From an uncultured virus (IMG/VR IMGVR_UViG_3300047673_000475) (Duplodnaviria > Heunggongvirae > Uroviricota > Caudoviricetes): a DNA stretch of 20,000 nt. Made by a program: the position numbers and the translations under genes. Where the stretch lies: IMG/VR virus record IMGVR_UViG_3300047673_000475; one strand, given 5' to 3'. The notes beneath the pieces are model-generated. The model made no database searches. It saw nothing but the letters and a program-made list of their open reading frames with translations, and was not told where the DNA came from. Position 1 is the stretch's first letter. The number at the start of each line of letters is the position of its first letter. Of the stretch, positions 1 through 8,869 are shown piece by piece.

Positions 1-2132
1 TGCTGGTACAGGTTCGAGGTCCTCACCTTATTGCGCTTGGTTTCCCGAGCACTGCGGATGAGTTCGTCCACCGAATAGATCTCATCCTGTTCGAGGATGA
101 TCTTCTTATCCAGCATACGCAGCTCCTGCTCCAGACGCGCGGCCACAAAGTCATCGTGCTCACCGGTGAGTGCGTTGTAGATCTCCTCGATGCGACTGCG
201 CACAGTCTGTTGCTCCATGCGCCGGAAGAAGTCCTCTTGCGACTCAGTCTGCTTGGTTTTGACTGCACACATAACCTGGCGGGGATCGATGCCATAGTGT
301 TGCAGGTTCTTGCCATGCATGAGGAACCAGTGACACAACAACCAGCCGATCACCAAGTCATCGTGTTCGCCATCTTCGTGGTCGATGCGACCATTCTTGT
401 ACACGAGACCGAGGATCTGCCCGGCGAGCATCTTGTCATGCACCTTCATGCCGCTGCGCTGGGCCGCAGCTTGAAGCACCTGACCATACAAGGCATTGCG
501 ACTGTTGGCCCCCGAACCGGAGGTGGCAAAGCCGAACGTGGTCTTGTAGCGCACGTAGATGTCAGTCGGACGACGACCGATTGGCACCTTGATTTCCTTG
601 AAGCGATCCGGATACTCGTCGTAATCCTGCACCACCTTGTTAAAGACGCGTTTAAACGGATCTTCGCCATAGTTGGGCAACATCAGGAGCAGGTAGTCCA
701 GCAACATCGCCCCAGTGGAGCGCCGCTCGATGACTGCTGTGATGTTCGAATACCTGACAAGCGTATCGCACACCCACTTGGAGAAGGTAATCAGGTTGGT
801 TTCGTTATACGAGCCCGCTGCGACCACCTCCAGGGTTTCCACATCCATCAAGACGAGGGAAATGTCATCGCCCCCGCCTGCTTCAGACGTATCCATGCCA
901 AGCACGAATTTGCCGGTCGCCATGCGCTCTTCAATCTCTTCCTGTGCAATGTACCAGCGCGTGATGTAGCCGTCCGGATCACTGATGGAAGTGTAGAGCT
1001 CGTCCAGACGCGACGAAGCGATCATCTCAGCCGTGCTGGTGGAGAGCGGGGAGCTTTCCGTACCCGAGGTCCACAGGTTAAAGTAATCTCGGTTCGCATC
1101 ATCACCGGTCTGCAGCGATTCTTCAATCTTCTGCTTGAGCCACTCATCGCTCTTACCCAACTGACGGTGACTGAAGGTGCCATTGATCCGGAACAGACCC
1201 GCGCGGCTATTACGACGGACCATGCGATCGAGTTCAGCCCAGTTCTGGCAGTCGAAGAACTTCTCAGTCCACGAAGCTGAGTCTTCCAGCAGCTTGTAGA
1301 TGAAGCGACCATCGCGGTCGTCCTTCTTGCCTGCGGTCGTCGTCAGGATCGTCCCGTACGGCGCGCCCGCGGCCTTGGCCCGTTCCACAGCGGCGCCGGT
1401 AGCAGCCAGAGCAGCAGGCAATGCAATCGCGATATTGGGCTGGAACGGCGGCTCGTCGATGTGGAAGATCGCGGTCGTGAGACCTCGACCCATGTTGTAC
1501 GCACGCTTCGGGCTCGATTGCGGCACGTGCGTGTTGTACGAATTCTTCAAGGCCTTCACGGTGATTTCTTCACCGTTCTGCGCATCGTCCTTCGAGCGTT
1601 GGCTCAGGTACGGTGGCAGCTCGGACATGATTTCCTTGATCCGCTCGATATTCTTGCGGCGCAGGTTATCGTCCTTCGTCAACAGGTTGATGCTGGTACC
1701 CGTACAGACGACGTTCATCAGGTAGCTCATCAGCGTATCAGTCGAGAACGACTTGCCGGTCTGACGTGGCTGAATGAGCGTAAAGAAGATGTGGTTAAAG
1801 AAGGACCAGTAGAGCGCAATGTTCGCCCGGTTGGCTTCCAAGGGCACCGCATCGGAACCGGAGTTACCCGGAGCCCGTGCGATTTCCCGGAAGAAGTACC
1901 AGGGGTTGATCTTGCACTCGACAGCGATCATGTACATCTGCTCAGGAGTGAGGTCCTTGCTGAAGGGGTCCACCCCTTGCAGTTTCGGATTCACCAGCGC
2001 GAGCAGGAAGGCGTGGTTCTTGATACCCATCGAGCGATACACCGCTGCCAGACGAATCCAACTTTTGTTGGTGGTCTTGGTGTCGATGATCGCGGTCGGA
2101 TAACGATACCAGTCCTGTTCGAAGAGTATGAT
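1..2132 (-). CDS. terL: Terminase large subunit (phiKZ gp25-like), 3' end truncated by the window edge; probable non-canonical ATC start
   Basis: Not in the ORF track because it has no stop in the window. Hand translation of the minus strand gives an open frame from 2141 to base 3: (I)ILFEQDWYRYPTAIIDTKTTNKSWIRLA...NPWYFFRE...LIQPRQTGKS (Walker A)...IFHIDE (Walker B)...TTTAG (motif III)...VLGMDTSEAGGGDD...EHDDLVIGW (RNase H-like nuclease acidic residues). Confidence 0.93.
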   Translation of the reverse strand, partial: MILFEQDWYRYPTAIIDTKTTNKSWIRLAAVYRSMGIKNHAFLLALVNPKLQGVDPFSKDLTPEQMYMIAVECKINPWYFFREIARAPGNSGSDAVPLEANRANIALYWSFFNHIFFTLIQPRQTGKSFSTDTLMSYLMNVVCTGTSINLLTKDDNLRRKNIERIKEIMSELPPYLSQRSKDDAQNGEEITVKALKNSYNTHVPQSSPKRAYNMGRGLTTAIFHIDEPPFQPNIAIALPAALAATGAAVERAKAAGAPYGTILTTTAGKKDDRDGRFIYKLLEDSASWTEKFFDCQNWAELDRMVRRNSRAGLFRINGTFSHRQLGKSDEWLKQKIEESLQTGDDANRDYFNLWTSGTESSPLSTSTAEMIASSRLDELYTSISDPDGYITRWYIAQEEIEERMATGKFVLGMDTSEAGGGDDISLVLMDVETLEVVAAGSYNETNLITFSKWVCDTLVRYSNITAVIERRSTGAMLLDYLLLMLPNYGEDPFKRVFNKVVQDYDEYPDRFKEIKVPIGRRPTDIYVRYKTTFGFATSGSGANSRNALYGQVLQAAAQRSGMKVHDKMLAGQILGLVYKNGRIDHEDGEHDDLVIGWLLCHWFLMHGKNLQHYGIDPRQVMCAVKTKQTESQEDFFRRMEQQTVRSRIEEIYNALTGEHDDFVAARLEQELRMLDKKIILEQDEIYSVDELIRSARETKRNKVRTSNLYQ

Positions 2133-2141
2133 AATGTCACC

Positions 2142-2960
2142 TCATTCGGTTAATGGAGAAAAGAGCCAACCCTTGTAGGGGGTAGCGGCTCCCTTTCGTG
2201 CCTTATGATTGCGATACCCGACGATGTCGAGCTTTAGCAATCGGCAAGCGTGTTTGACTGAACAAAAAAGTGTGCGTTCACCTGTTTCGATATTCTCTCC
2301 GACAATATCGCAGACCCTGCCTAGCGTGTACTCCTCGCTATCATCCGGAGCAAGGAATTCAGGCCATGGTTTTCCGTCATCGAACTTGTACACCCGGCCT
2401 AGGTGTTTGATTCGACCGGCTGCCACAGACCAGAGGTGGATGAACATGACCGACTGGGTCACACCGGCTTTTCGAGCACACTCGCTTACCGAGTAGTAGC
2501 TCTCCATTTCGCCAGTCTCTACGTCTTTGGACAAAACCTTGAGCTGGTTGCTAAACAACCCGTGCTCTCGGGCATGCTTCATGTTTTCTTCACCAGTGAC
2601 CCACTCGAGGTTATCCCAAACGTTGTTCAGCTTGTCACCGTCGATATGGTTCACTTGCAATTCATCGAAGCTGATCTCTTTGTGTCGTTCAGGTTTATCC
2701 ACGAACAGCAAAGCTACCAGCCGATGGACTAAGTAGTTTTTCCAAATCCCATCGTCACAGAGCGTGGTAATTACGTACCCTCTCCCGGCAATCCGCGTGA
2801 AGTGTTTCTCGCCTGTAATGAGATTGATGAGCTCGCCACGCTTGTTAATCACCACATGACTTTGACCAACTGGGACTTGGTAATACCCTTTGTAGTAGGG
2901 ATGCTCGCCCGTAAACGGGGGAACATAGCTGTCTACAACATTGTCTATTGTTTCGTTCAT
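2142..2960 (-). CDS. Free-standing HNH homing endonuclease with probable NUMOD-type DNA-binding modules
   Basis: HNH core VHRLVALLF...[29 protein letters not shown]. Two C-terminal repeats ([22 protein letters not shown] / [22 protein letters not shown]) resemble NUMOD1-like HTH modules. Visibly more AT-rich than the flanking genes. Confidence 0.9.
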   Translation of the reverse strand: MNETIDNVVDSYVPPFTGEHPYYKGYYQVPVGQSHVVINKRGELINLITGEKHFTRIAGRGYVITTLCDDGIWKNYLVHRLVALLFVDKPERHKEISFDELQVNHIDGDKLNNVWDNLEWVTGEENMKHAREHGLFSNQLKVLSKDVETGEMESYYSVSECARKAGVTQSVMFIHLWSVAAGRIKHLGRVYKFDDGKPWPEFLAPDDSEEYTLGRVCDIVGENIETGERTLFCSVKHACRLLKLDIVGYRNHKARKGAATPYKGWLFSPLTE

Positions 2961-3001
2961 TTACTTGCCCTGAGTCTTCTGTAAATGTAATCATACTGAT
3001 G

Positions 3002-3030
3002 CGGCATAGAGGGAGGCCGAAGCCTCCCCC
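3002..3030 (-). terminator. Hairpin GGGAGGC-TTCG-GCCTCCC followed by TATGCCG
   Basis: Inverted repeat with a UUCG loop just after the stop of the 3038-3448 gene. Confidence 0.65.
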
Positions 3031-3037
3031 ATACGCG

Positions 3038-3448
3038 CTAGATGAAGCTACTTTGCTTGAGCGCTCTTAATTTGTCCGTGATCAAATCCACGTACGCATC
3101 AATGGCGTAGAGCTTTTGCACTTCGTCTTCTACATAACCGGGACACAGGGCAGGCAATGTAACCGCTAAGTCACATGCCCGACGAATCAGTTCCGGTGCA
3201 TCATTGGTCGTCGTTGAAAACAACTGGTAAGCCAGGTGTTTCTTCTTCGGCCATTGCCAGAGCGAGTAGCCCGTCTCGAACTGCAAGCGCTGACAGTAGA
3301 TGGTGATGTCGTAACCCGAATGATGAATCACCCGAAGCGTATTACGGCGATTCGTCTGGATCACGATCTCTTGCTGGAACGACCTGTTACCCTTTACGTG
3401 CTCCAGCCACAGGAACCCTCGGGTAGCTAACCTCTTCAAAAGCGACAT
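3038..3448 (-). CDS. Hypothetical protein (~136 aa; ATG at 3448, alternative TTG at 3472)
   Basis: ORF fills the gap between the 413-aa gene and a terminator-like hairpin, same strand as its neighbours. No motif recognised. Confidence 0.6.
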   Translation of the reverse strand: MSLLKRLATRGFLWLEHVKGNRSFQQEIVIQTNRRNTLRVIHHSGYDITIYCQRLQFETGYSLWQWPKKKHLAYQLFSTTTNDAPELIRRACDLAVTLPALCPGYVEDEVQKLYAIDAYVDLITDKLRALKQSSFI

Positions 3449-3475
3449 GGTAGAACCTGGTCGTGCGACCAAGCC

Positions 3476-4717
3476 TTATGCAGCGGCGCTCTGGGAGTAA
3501 TACCGCATCGAATACGCGCGGGCGATCAAGTACAGCAGTATCCCGGTGCGCACAGCCGCAATCACACTGGAGTTCTTATTGTTAGTCGCGAGCTTCACGA
3601 TCTTTTCTGCTTTCTCCCGCAGCGAGAACAGAGCAGGGTCCGTGGACCGCGAACTCATGTACACACCACGCAAGCGTGTGAGTAGGCTGGCCAAGTCCGT
3701 AGAATTCCTCACCAAGTTCCGATTCTCCGCGAGGTAGTCAAAACTGTGGATCAGGGTTTCGTTAAGCAGCTCTTCGATCATGCTCGCGCCGGACTGGCGG
3801 TAATTGTCCGACATCCATTCGAGCGATTCGCGGAAAAGACGGGGCGGCATCGTCTTCATCTGCTTCTCGATAACAGTGAGAAGCTCTTCGCGAATAAAGG
3901 AGTTCCGGTCGGTGATGATCGAGTTGATGTACCTGGTGTAAGCCAGGAGGTTTTTCGACTTGTCCTTCAAGATCTCGACCCCGTCGTGTTCGACTAGCGA
4001 ACTCGTCGAGCTGATCTTGATACCCTGCCGATGCACTTGCAAGAAGACATCGTAAATGTTTTTCAACATGTCACGAATCCGGCCTTGCGTATCATTGAGC
4101 AAATAAATGACGGTGCTATCGGGGTCCATCAGTTCGATGGCTTTGCGGTGAAGACCGGTCGGGCTGATCACTTCTTCGGCGCGGGCATTGAGCACTGCGG
4201 CCCAAGAGCCGTACTGTTTAATCGCATACTTAAACGTCAGGGCTGCATACGTGGCTTCTGCCGTCGCACGATCCGCCGGGTACTTAAAGTGCCGGTACAG
4301 ACGGGATGTGAGGAACTTGTACTGCATCACCAGGACGACATCCAACATCGCCTGATGACGCTGAGCGTCGCTTAGCTTCTTGCTGTGGAGCAACGCATGC
4401 AAGAGCCAGGCACAGGAAAGATTGAGCGTGTCGGAGGACACCACCCAGTCACTGTTGACCGTGGGCAGCGCCACCAGCCGTGCTTCGAGTGTGCTTTCGT
4501 CCGCTTGGAGAATCTCGGTGAACCAGCGGTCTTTATCACTGTCAGTAAAGCGCACCACTTGCACACCGGTCAGGTTCCCGCCAAAGAACTCGATGTGGTC
4601 CTGGTTTTTATGGGCGAAACCGACTGTGTACAAATGGATGCGTTTGGCCAATTGCGCGTCCAGCGCGAGGTGGGCACACTCGCTCTCAAACACGCCCTTG
4701 ATAGAAACGTCTACCAT
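3476..4717 (-). CDS. Conserved jumbo-phage virion protein (probably phiKZ gp32-like), 413 aa
   Basis: Long ORF with phage-like codon usage and a GAGG SD upstream. The 'FFGGNLTGV..VRF' N-terminal motif and its position near terL recall this family; assignment is from memory. Confidence 0.65.
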   Translation of the reverse strand: MVDVSIKGVFESECAHLALDAQLAKRIHLYTVGFAHKNQDHIEFFGGNLTGVQVVRFTDSDKDRWFTEILQADESTLEARLVALPTVNSDWVVSSDTLNLSCAWLLHALLHSKKLSDAQRHQAMLDVVLVMQYKFLTSRLYRHFKYPADRATAEATYAALTFKYAIKQYGSWAAVLNARAEEVISPTGLHRKAIELMDPDSTVIYLLNDTQGRIRDMLKNIYDVFLQVHRQGIKISSTSSLVEHDGVEILKDKSKNLLAYTRYINSIITDRNSFIREELLTVIEKQMKTMPPRLFRESLEWMSDNYRQSGASMIEELLNETLIHSFDYLAENRNLVRNSTDLASLLTRLRGVYMSSRSTDPALFSLREKAEKIVKLATNNKNSSVIAAVRTGILLYLIARAYSMRYYSQSAAA

Positions 4718-4763
4718 TTAGCATCCTCTCAGATAGGGCAACGATACACAGAATTAGGATCAA

Positions 4764-4792
4764 CGGCATAAAGGCGAGGCCGAAGCCCCGCC
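4764..4792 (-). terminator. Hairpin GGCGGGGC-TTCG-GCCTCGCC followed by TTTATGCCG
   Basis: Inverted repeat with a UUCG loop downstream of the 4821-5897 gene. Confidence 0.65.
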
Positions 4793-4820
4793 GTTTACAC
4801 CATCCGTTCCAGGGATGAGA

Positions 4821-5897
4821 TTACTTACGTGCGCGCACGCGTTGGCGAGGCGCCAACGTAACGAGACGAACACGGAAGCTTTCGAGGGCAGCGTCACCAT
4901 TGGCCACGGGGACCGTCGGGTCTTCGCCGTTAGCCTGGTTCTGCGGGACTTCACCCTCCTTCTTGGGTGCGGGGACCTTGTCGTCACCCGCGCCGATGGC
5001 AGCTTGCGCTTCAGGGCTCAAAGCACCCGGATCGTTCGGCAAGGCCGAGACCGGTTGCACGACCGGTTGACCCGTGTCGGTATTGCCTTCTTCCAGCGCA
5101 GGCGCCACCCCGCTGTCTTCACCAGCCGGAGCTTCGGCAGCGGCAGCGGCTTCTTCAGCGGCGATCTTCGCGATCTCGACCACACGCGAGGTGATCGACG
5201 GATCTTGCGGGCAGGGATTGGTTGCCGGGTCACCTGCGACGCCTTCACCACCTTGTTGGGCCGTCACATCACCGGCCGTACCCACACCGTCCGCGCCGTC
5301 GTTGCCACCGTTACCGAGATCGGTTTCCGGATTCACCACGCCTTCGACGAATTCTTCGAACGAACGATAGAACTTGCCACCCAGCCGCTTGGTCAGGGCT
5401 TCCATCGCTTCGGACAGATATTCGACTTCTTCCTTGGGTGCGCCACCCAGACCGTTGACCGAGGGCAAAGTGCCGTCGACCACCACCACGAATTCCTTCG
5501 GGCGGCTTTCGCTGTCTTCGTTCATCAGCGCATCGGCCACATCGACCACGTCAGCGTCGGTGATGTCAGCTTTCGCCACACCGTACACTTGCAGGTCAGC
5601 ACCTTCGGCACCAGGGGCACCGATTTCGCCGTTGACTTCGCTCACCGGCTGGACCGACTGCTGTTGGTTGTTGCTGATGGATTCGACGATCTTTTGCATG
5701 ACCGTCACGTCTTGGGCTTGGCTTTCCGTGGCCACTACACCCTCACCTTGGCTCGGCTCTTTGGCGTAGGCCACATCCAGCGCCTTGGTGAAGATCTCGG
5801 ACAACGGACCGCTCATCACGATGGTCGGCTCGTTAGGACGCGAGGTCATCTCGACCGTCTCGCCTTCCAGCGCCATTCGGAACATGCTCTTGCTCAT
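4821..5897 (-). CDS. Acidic, low-complexity probable virion head protein with A-x-E protease sites (358 aa)
   Basis: Likely start is the ATG at 5897 (MSKSMFRMALE...), preceded by TAAGGAAAG; the ORF-track extension to 6221 crosses hairpin-rich non-coding DNA. Contains MALE, VATE, EAME, PALE, AALE. Confidence 0.75.
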   Translation of the reverse strand: MSKSMFRMALEGETVEMTSRPNEPTIVMSGPLSEIFTKALDVAYAKEPSQGEGVVATESQAQDVTVMQKIVESISNNQQQSVQPVSEVNGEIGAPGAEGADLQVYGVAKADITDADVVDVADALMNEDSESRPKEFVVVVDGTLPSVNGLGGAPKEEVEYLSEAMEALTKRLGGKFYRSFEEFVEGVVNPETDLGNGGNDGADGVGTAGDVTAQQGGEGVAGDPATNPCPQDPSITSRVVEIAKIAAEEAAAAAEAPAGEDSGVAPALEEGNTDTGQPVVQPVSALPNDPGALSPEAQAAIGAGDDKVPAPKKEGEVPQNQANGEDPTVPVANGDAALESFRVRLVTLAPRQRVRARK

Positions 5898-6490
5898 GGG
5901 TTCTTTCCTTAGGGAGTAGGAACGGAATTGGAGATTCACAGTATTGCTATCTACAGGATAAAAGATCCTGCTGCGTGCGGTGCATAACAAGATAGGGGAA
6001 CACGATAAAAACCCGCCCGCCGCGCCCCTAAGACGGGTTTGCAACGCTGGGCGGGTTTTCGACCATGCGGTGTCATTCATCAACAATACAATCCAATACC
6101 TATCCAAAACTATCTCTGTCGCTGCGCTCGTGCTTTGCTTCCTCTCCCTAGCGCGCCAGCGCTCACTCTCTAGGTTGACAAACCCCGGTCTAAACTTTTT
6201 AAAAAGGGGAAGGGGGACCAAGCCCCTTCCCCGATAAGTTAATATCGGGTTTAGAAGCTAAGTACTTGATTTATAAGGATAAAGTAAAAAAATACTGTGT
6301 AGGAACTTAGATATGTGTCAAGGAGCAGAGGCGACGCGGAGCGAAGCGGAGGAAGAGAATTAAGCGTAGAGAGGGGCGGAGCCCCTCTCTTTATTATTCC
6401 CTAGAAAGGAATACTCCCTGGAGTCATACTCTGTAAGAATAGAATATTTAATTACAAGACCAGACTGAGCCGGGCACAGTAGCCTGGCTC

Positions 6491-6560
6491 TTATGCCGCT
6501 GAGTCGTGATCCTAGAAAGATTCAACCATATATTCTCCCGGCGAGCACAAGCAAGTAAAG
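6491..6560 (+). promoter_or_regulatory. Putative phage early promoter, copy 1 (AAAGATTCAACCA-TATATTCT), in a ~70-bp imperfect direct repeat
   Basis: Strongly similar to 7218-7290. The TATATT core resembles the phiKZ early promoter motif TATATTAC. Confidence 0.7.
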
Positions 6561-6597
6561 ACTTGCAGCTCGTTCCTGTCACTACACGCCGAGACCT

Positions 6598-6828
6598 ATG
6601 CCTGAACGTTTTACAGCCATCCTGGCTAACTTTAAGAAGATCCATGAGGAAACTCAGGATCTCACGCGAGACCGTAGCTGTCGTCAACCGCCTCACGGCA
6701 TGCAGTGGCTGATACGAAATCGTAAACGGACTAACTGTGCGTCGTCGGATTGGTCGGCGATTCATGGTCATGGTGGTCCGTGCAATTGCGGCTTGATGGA
6801 TAGCCATCGTCGCTTGAAAACCCATTAA
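6598..6828 (+). CDS. Possible small hypothetical protein (76 aa)
   Basis: First ORF after the promoter repeat, ending 18 nt before the next gene. Weak SD (GAGA). Confidence 0.35.
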   Translation: MPERFTAILANFKKIHEETQDLTRDRSCRQPPHGMQWLIRNRKRTNCASSDWSAIHGHGGPCNCGLMDSHRRLKTH

Positions 6829-6846
6829 CCGTTCAAGGAGAACGAC

Positions 6847-7182
6847 ATGAGTGAAGAACGTTTCCAGTGTGCTGAAGACTTCTCCCGCGATCACCCCGCG
6901 GCCGTGAAGTATCTCGAGCGCCTCCCGTACGATCGGGACAAGGGTTCGACACTGGCCCAGTTCATGAAGACGCTCACGTGGGAGTTTCGCACGGAGCACA
7001 CGATCGAAGCACAGGTGAATGCCAATGCGACGATCGTGCATGAGCTCTCACCGGGGCGACTGCACAGCTTTCCGATCTGGGGCGAGTTGCTCTGGAAGGA
7101 CAGCAGTGGCAACCACCAGGAGCCCGAGCTCTTCGACTCGATGGAATGCTTCGCGGCATTCTGTTTGGCGAAGTGGTGGTAG
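6847..7182 (+). CDS. Hypothetical early protein (111 aa)
   Basis: AAGGAG SD, ATG, followed by a hairpin at 7197-7216. Confidence 0.8.
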   Translation: MSEERFQCAEDFSRDHPAAVKYLERLPYDRDKGSTLAQFMKTLTWEFRTEHTIEAQVNANATIVHELSPGRLHSFPIWGELLWKDSSGNHQEPELFDSMECFAAFCLAKWW

Positions 7183-7196
7183 TCGGGTAATATAGG

Positions 7197-7225
7197 GGCC
7201 TGGGGTAACCCAGGCCTTTATGCCG
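7197..7225 (+). terminator. Hairpin GGCCTGGG-GTAA-CCCAGGCC followed by TTTATGCCG
   Basis: Perfect 8-bp stem with a GNRA loop just after the stop codon. Confidence 0.65.
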
Positions 7226-7237
7226 TAGAGTCGTGGA

Positions 7238-7264
7238 TTGAAAAAGATTTCAACCATATATTCT
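7238..7264 (+). promoter_or_regulatory. Putative phage early promoter, copy 2 (TTGAAAAAGATTTCAACCATATATTCT)
   Basis: Aligns without gaps to 12904-12930 and with one gap to 6511-6536. Confidence 0.7.
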
Positions 7265-7339
7265 CCGGCTGAGTTAGAGCAAGTAACAAGTTCTAACCAC
7301 TTTCGTTGTTCAACCTCTTCTCAAGCAATTGGAGAAACC

Positions 7340-7603
7340 ATGTCGCAAAACAAGCCCTTTCGCTTCGTTCGTCCGGACCACCTCTTTCGCAAGTCTGAAG
7401 CGAAGGACCATACGCCGAAGCGCAGGCAACTCCTGGACATCTACGACATCGAAGAAATGTCAGTGTTCGAGGAGGTTCAGGAAGTCTCGCTGCGCCATGA
7501 GCTGAATCTGCCTGAGCAGTTCGGCTTAGCAGAGGAGACCTCCTTCGGCTACACTGAAGCCTGGTCGAGTGACGCCCTCGATGCACTCTTCGCAGCCGAG
7601 TAA
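7340..7603 (+). CDS. Hypothetical early protein (87 aa; basic N-terminus, acidic C-terminus)
   Basis: GGAG SD before the ATG at 7340 (MSQNKPFRF...); terminator-like hairpin follows. Confidence 0.75.
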   Translation: MSQNKPFRFVRPDHLFRKSEAKDHTPKRRQLLDIYDIEEMSVFEEVQEVSLRHELNLPEQFGLAEETSFGYTEAWSSDALDALFAAE

Positions 7604-7615
7604 GCTGTAGTACCG

Positions 7616-7645
7616 ACAGGGGAGAGAAGATGCTCCCCTGTTTTT
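7616..7645 (+). terminator. Rho-independent terminator
   Basis: ACAGGGGAG...CTCCCCTGT followed by TTTT. Confidence 0.7.
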
Positions 7646-7681
7646 GAATACCCCCTACATTTAAACAAGGAAGCAAAAGCC

Positions 7682-8107
7682 ATGTTCGCTCTGCACATCA
7701 ACGCCGCTCATCGTTCTAACGTCATCCGCGCTACGGTGCGCCGTACGCTGGAAGAAGATACCGTTACTGGCCATGTGAGCCGCAGCTGGTCGCAGGAAGA
7801 AGACATCGTCCTGGAAGCAGGTACAGTGTTGGGTAAGACCGAAGTCCTCTCGACGATCTTTGGCAAGAAGATCACCACGATGGTCGTCGAAGGCCTGGAC
7901 GGTCTGGGGCTGAATCTCACGACCGATACGTCGGCACGCGATTCGATCTTCGGTGAAAACAGCGTGACAGTGGTTCGCATCCAGTCGGACGTCGAATCCC
8001 TGCTGAGCGCCGCACGGGTGTCGCGCCCGATGCCGCGTCGCAATGTCGAAGAAGTGCGCATCTCGGTGCGCCGTGCAGAACGTCCGCGTACGCGCTTCGG
8101 CTTCTAA
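7682..8107 (+). CDS. Hypothetical early protein (141 aa)
   Basis: AAGGAAG SD, biased codon usage, hairpin at 8126-8144 downstream. Confidence 0.8.
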   Translation: MFALHINAAHRSNVIRATVRRTLEEDTVTGHVSRSWSQEEDIVLEAGTVLGKTEVLSTIFGKKITTMVVEGLDGLGLNLTTDTSARDSIFGENSVTVVRIQSDVESLLSAARVSRPMPRRNVEEVRISVRRAERPRTRFGF

Positions 8108-8173
8108 GCCCGCCCGACACATTCAGCCAGGGGTGACCCCTGGCGTACCTCATTCCTGACAAGGAGAATTACC

Positions 8174-8776
8174 ATGCTGAGCATCAACAACCTGCCTGAC
8201 TACGAGTATCGCGCTAACGAAACAGCAGCGGAGCGGGCTGAACGACGGCTGCGTGAACTGCGTGCGCGTCCGCAAGCCCTGAACGTGACGTACATCACGA
8301 ACGAAGATCGCTTCGGTGGTCGTCGTGAGTCGCAGGAGCACCGTCGCAACGAGCTCGTGCGTCTTTACGAAGGCGCGATCGTCGGTGTCGAGTACAACGA
8401 AGGCAGCTTCTACGGTCGCCGTATCAAGTCTTTCATGGTGGAAGGCATCGAGCATCTGCCGCTGACGCTGGAAGTCGTCGAGAAGAACCCGAACGGTATC
8501 TACGGTGCCACGACCATCAAGATCTACAAGATTGCTTCGATGCAGCCGACGATGTCGCACGCTCACACCGAAGTGCATCATGAGCATACGGCCTTCGGTA
8601 CCAAGACGACGACTGTGCACGTAGAAGAAACCTATGCGCCGCATCGCCCGACGGTCACGATGACAGTGGGTCGTCCGGCTCGTCGCGAAACCTACAGCAC
8701 GGAAGAAGCTGTGGGCACCCTCGCAGGCGCGCTGCTTGGCATGGCCATGGTTGGCCTAAGCCGTAGCCGTCGCTAG
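8174..8776 (+). CDS. Hypothetical early protein (200 aa) with a C-terminal glycine-zipper-like hydrophobic segment
   Basis: AAGGAG SD. C-terminus AVGTLAGALLGMAMVGLSRSRR. Confidence 0.8.
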   Translation: MLSINNLPDYEYRANETAAERAERRLRELRARPQALNVTYITNEDRFGGRRESQEHRRNELVRLYEGAIVGVEYNEGSFYGRRIKSFMVEGIEHLPLTLEVVEKNPNGIYGATTIKIYKIASMQPTMSHAHTEVHHEHTAFGTKTTTVHVEETYAPHRPTVTMTVGRPARRETYSTEEAVGTLAGALLGMAMVGLSRSRR

Positions 8777-8786
8777 ACGACATAGC

Positions 8787-8817
8787 GGCCTGGGGGCAAC
8801 CCCAGGCCAGTGTGCCG
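8787..8817 (+). terminator. Hairpin GGCCTGGGG-GCAA-CCCCAGGCC followed by TGTGCCG (variant tag)
   Basis: 9-bp perfect stem, nearly the same sequence as 7197-7216. Confidence 0.6.
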
Positions 8818-8869
8818 TTTAAATAATCTCAGTTTTTACATCCCTCTTTTCATCTCTTGGAGTATTACC

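Noticed and set aside
156..2153. Long plus-strand ORFs 156-1280, 1300-1725 and 1461-2153
   Set aside because: Antisense shadows of the minus-strand terminase, which has clear ATPase and nuclease motifs.
2142..3000. Group I intron interrupting terL and encoding the HNH
   Set aside because: TerL looks complete from 2132 with no upstream exon, and there is no flanking room for an intron core.
4815..5912. 365-aa plus-strand ORF and the smaller ORFs nested with it
   Set aside because: Antisense shadow of the 4821-5897 gene; composition is not protein-like.
5898..6221. 108-aa N-terminal extension of the 4821-6221 ORF
   Set aside because: Crosses palindrome-rich intergenic DNA; a good SD and a promoter-like motif sit just before ATG 5897.
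6467..8817. CRISPR array or REP/IS-type repeats from the recurring hairpins
   Set aside because: Copies are separated by whole genes at irregular distances, with no cas or transposase gene; they behave as terminators or promoters.
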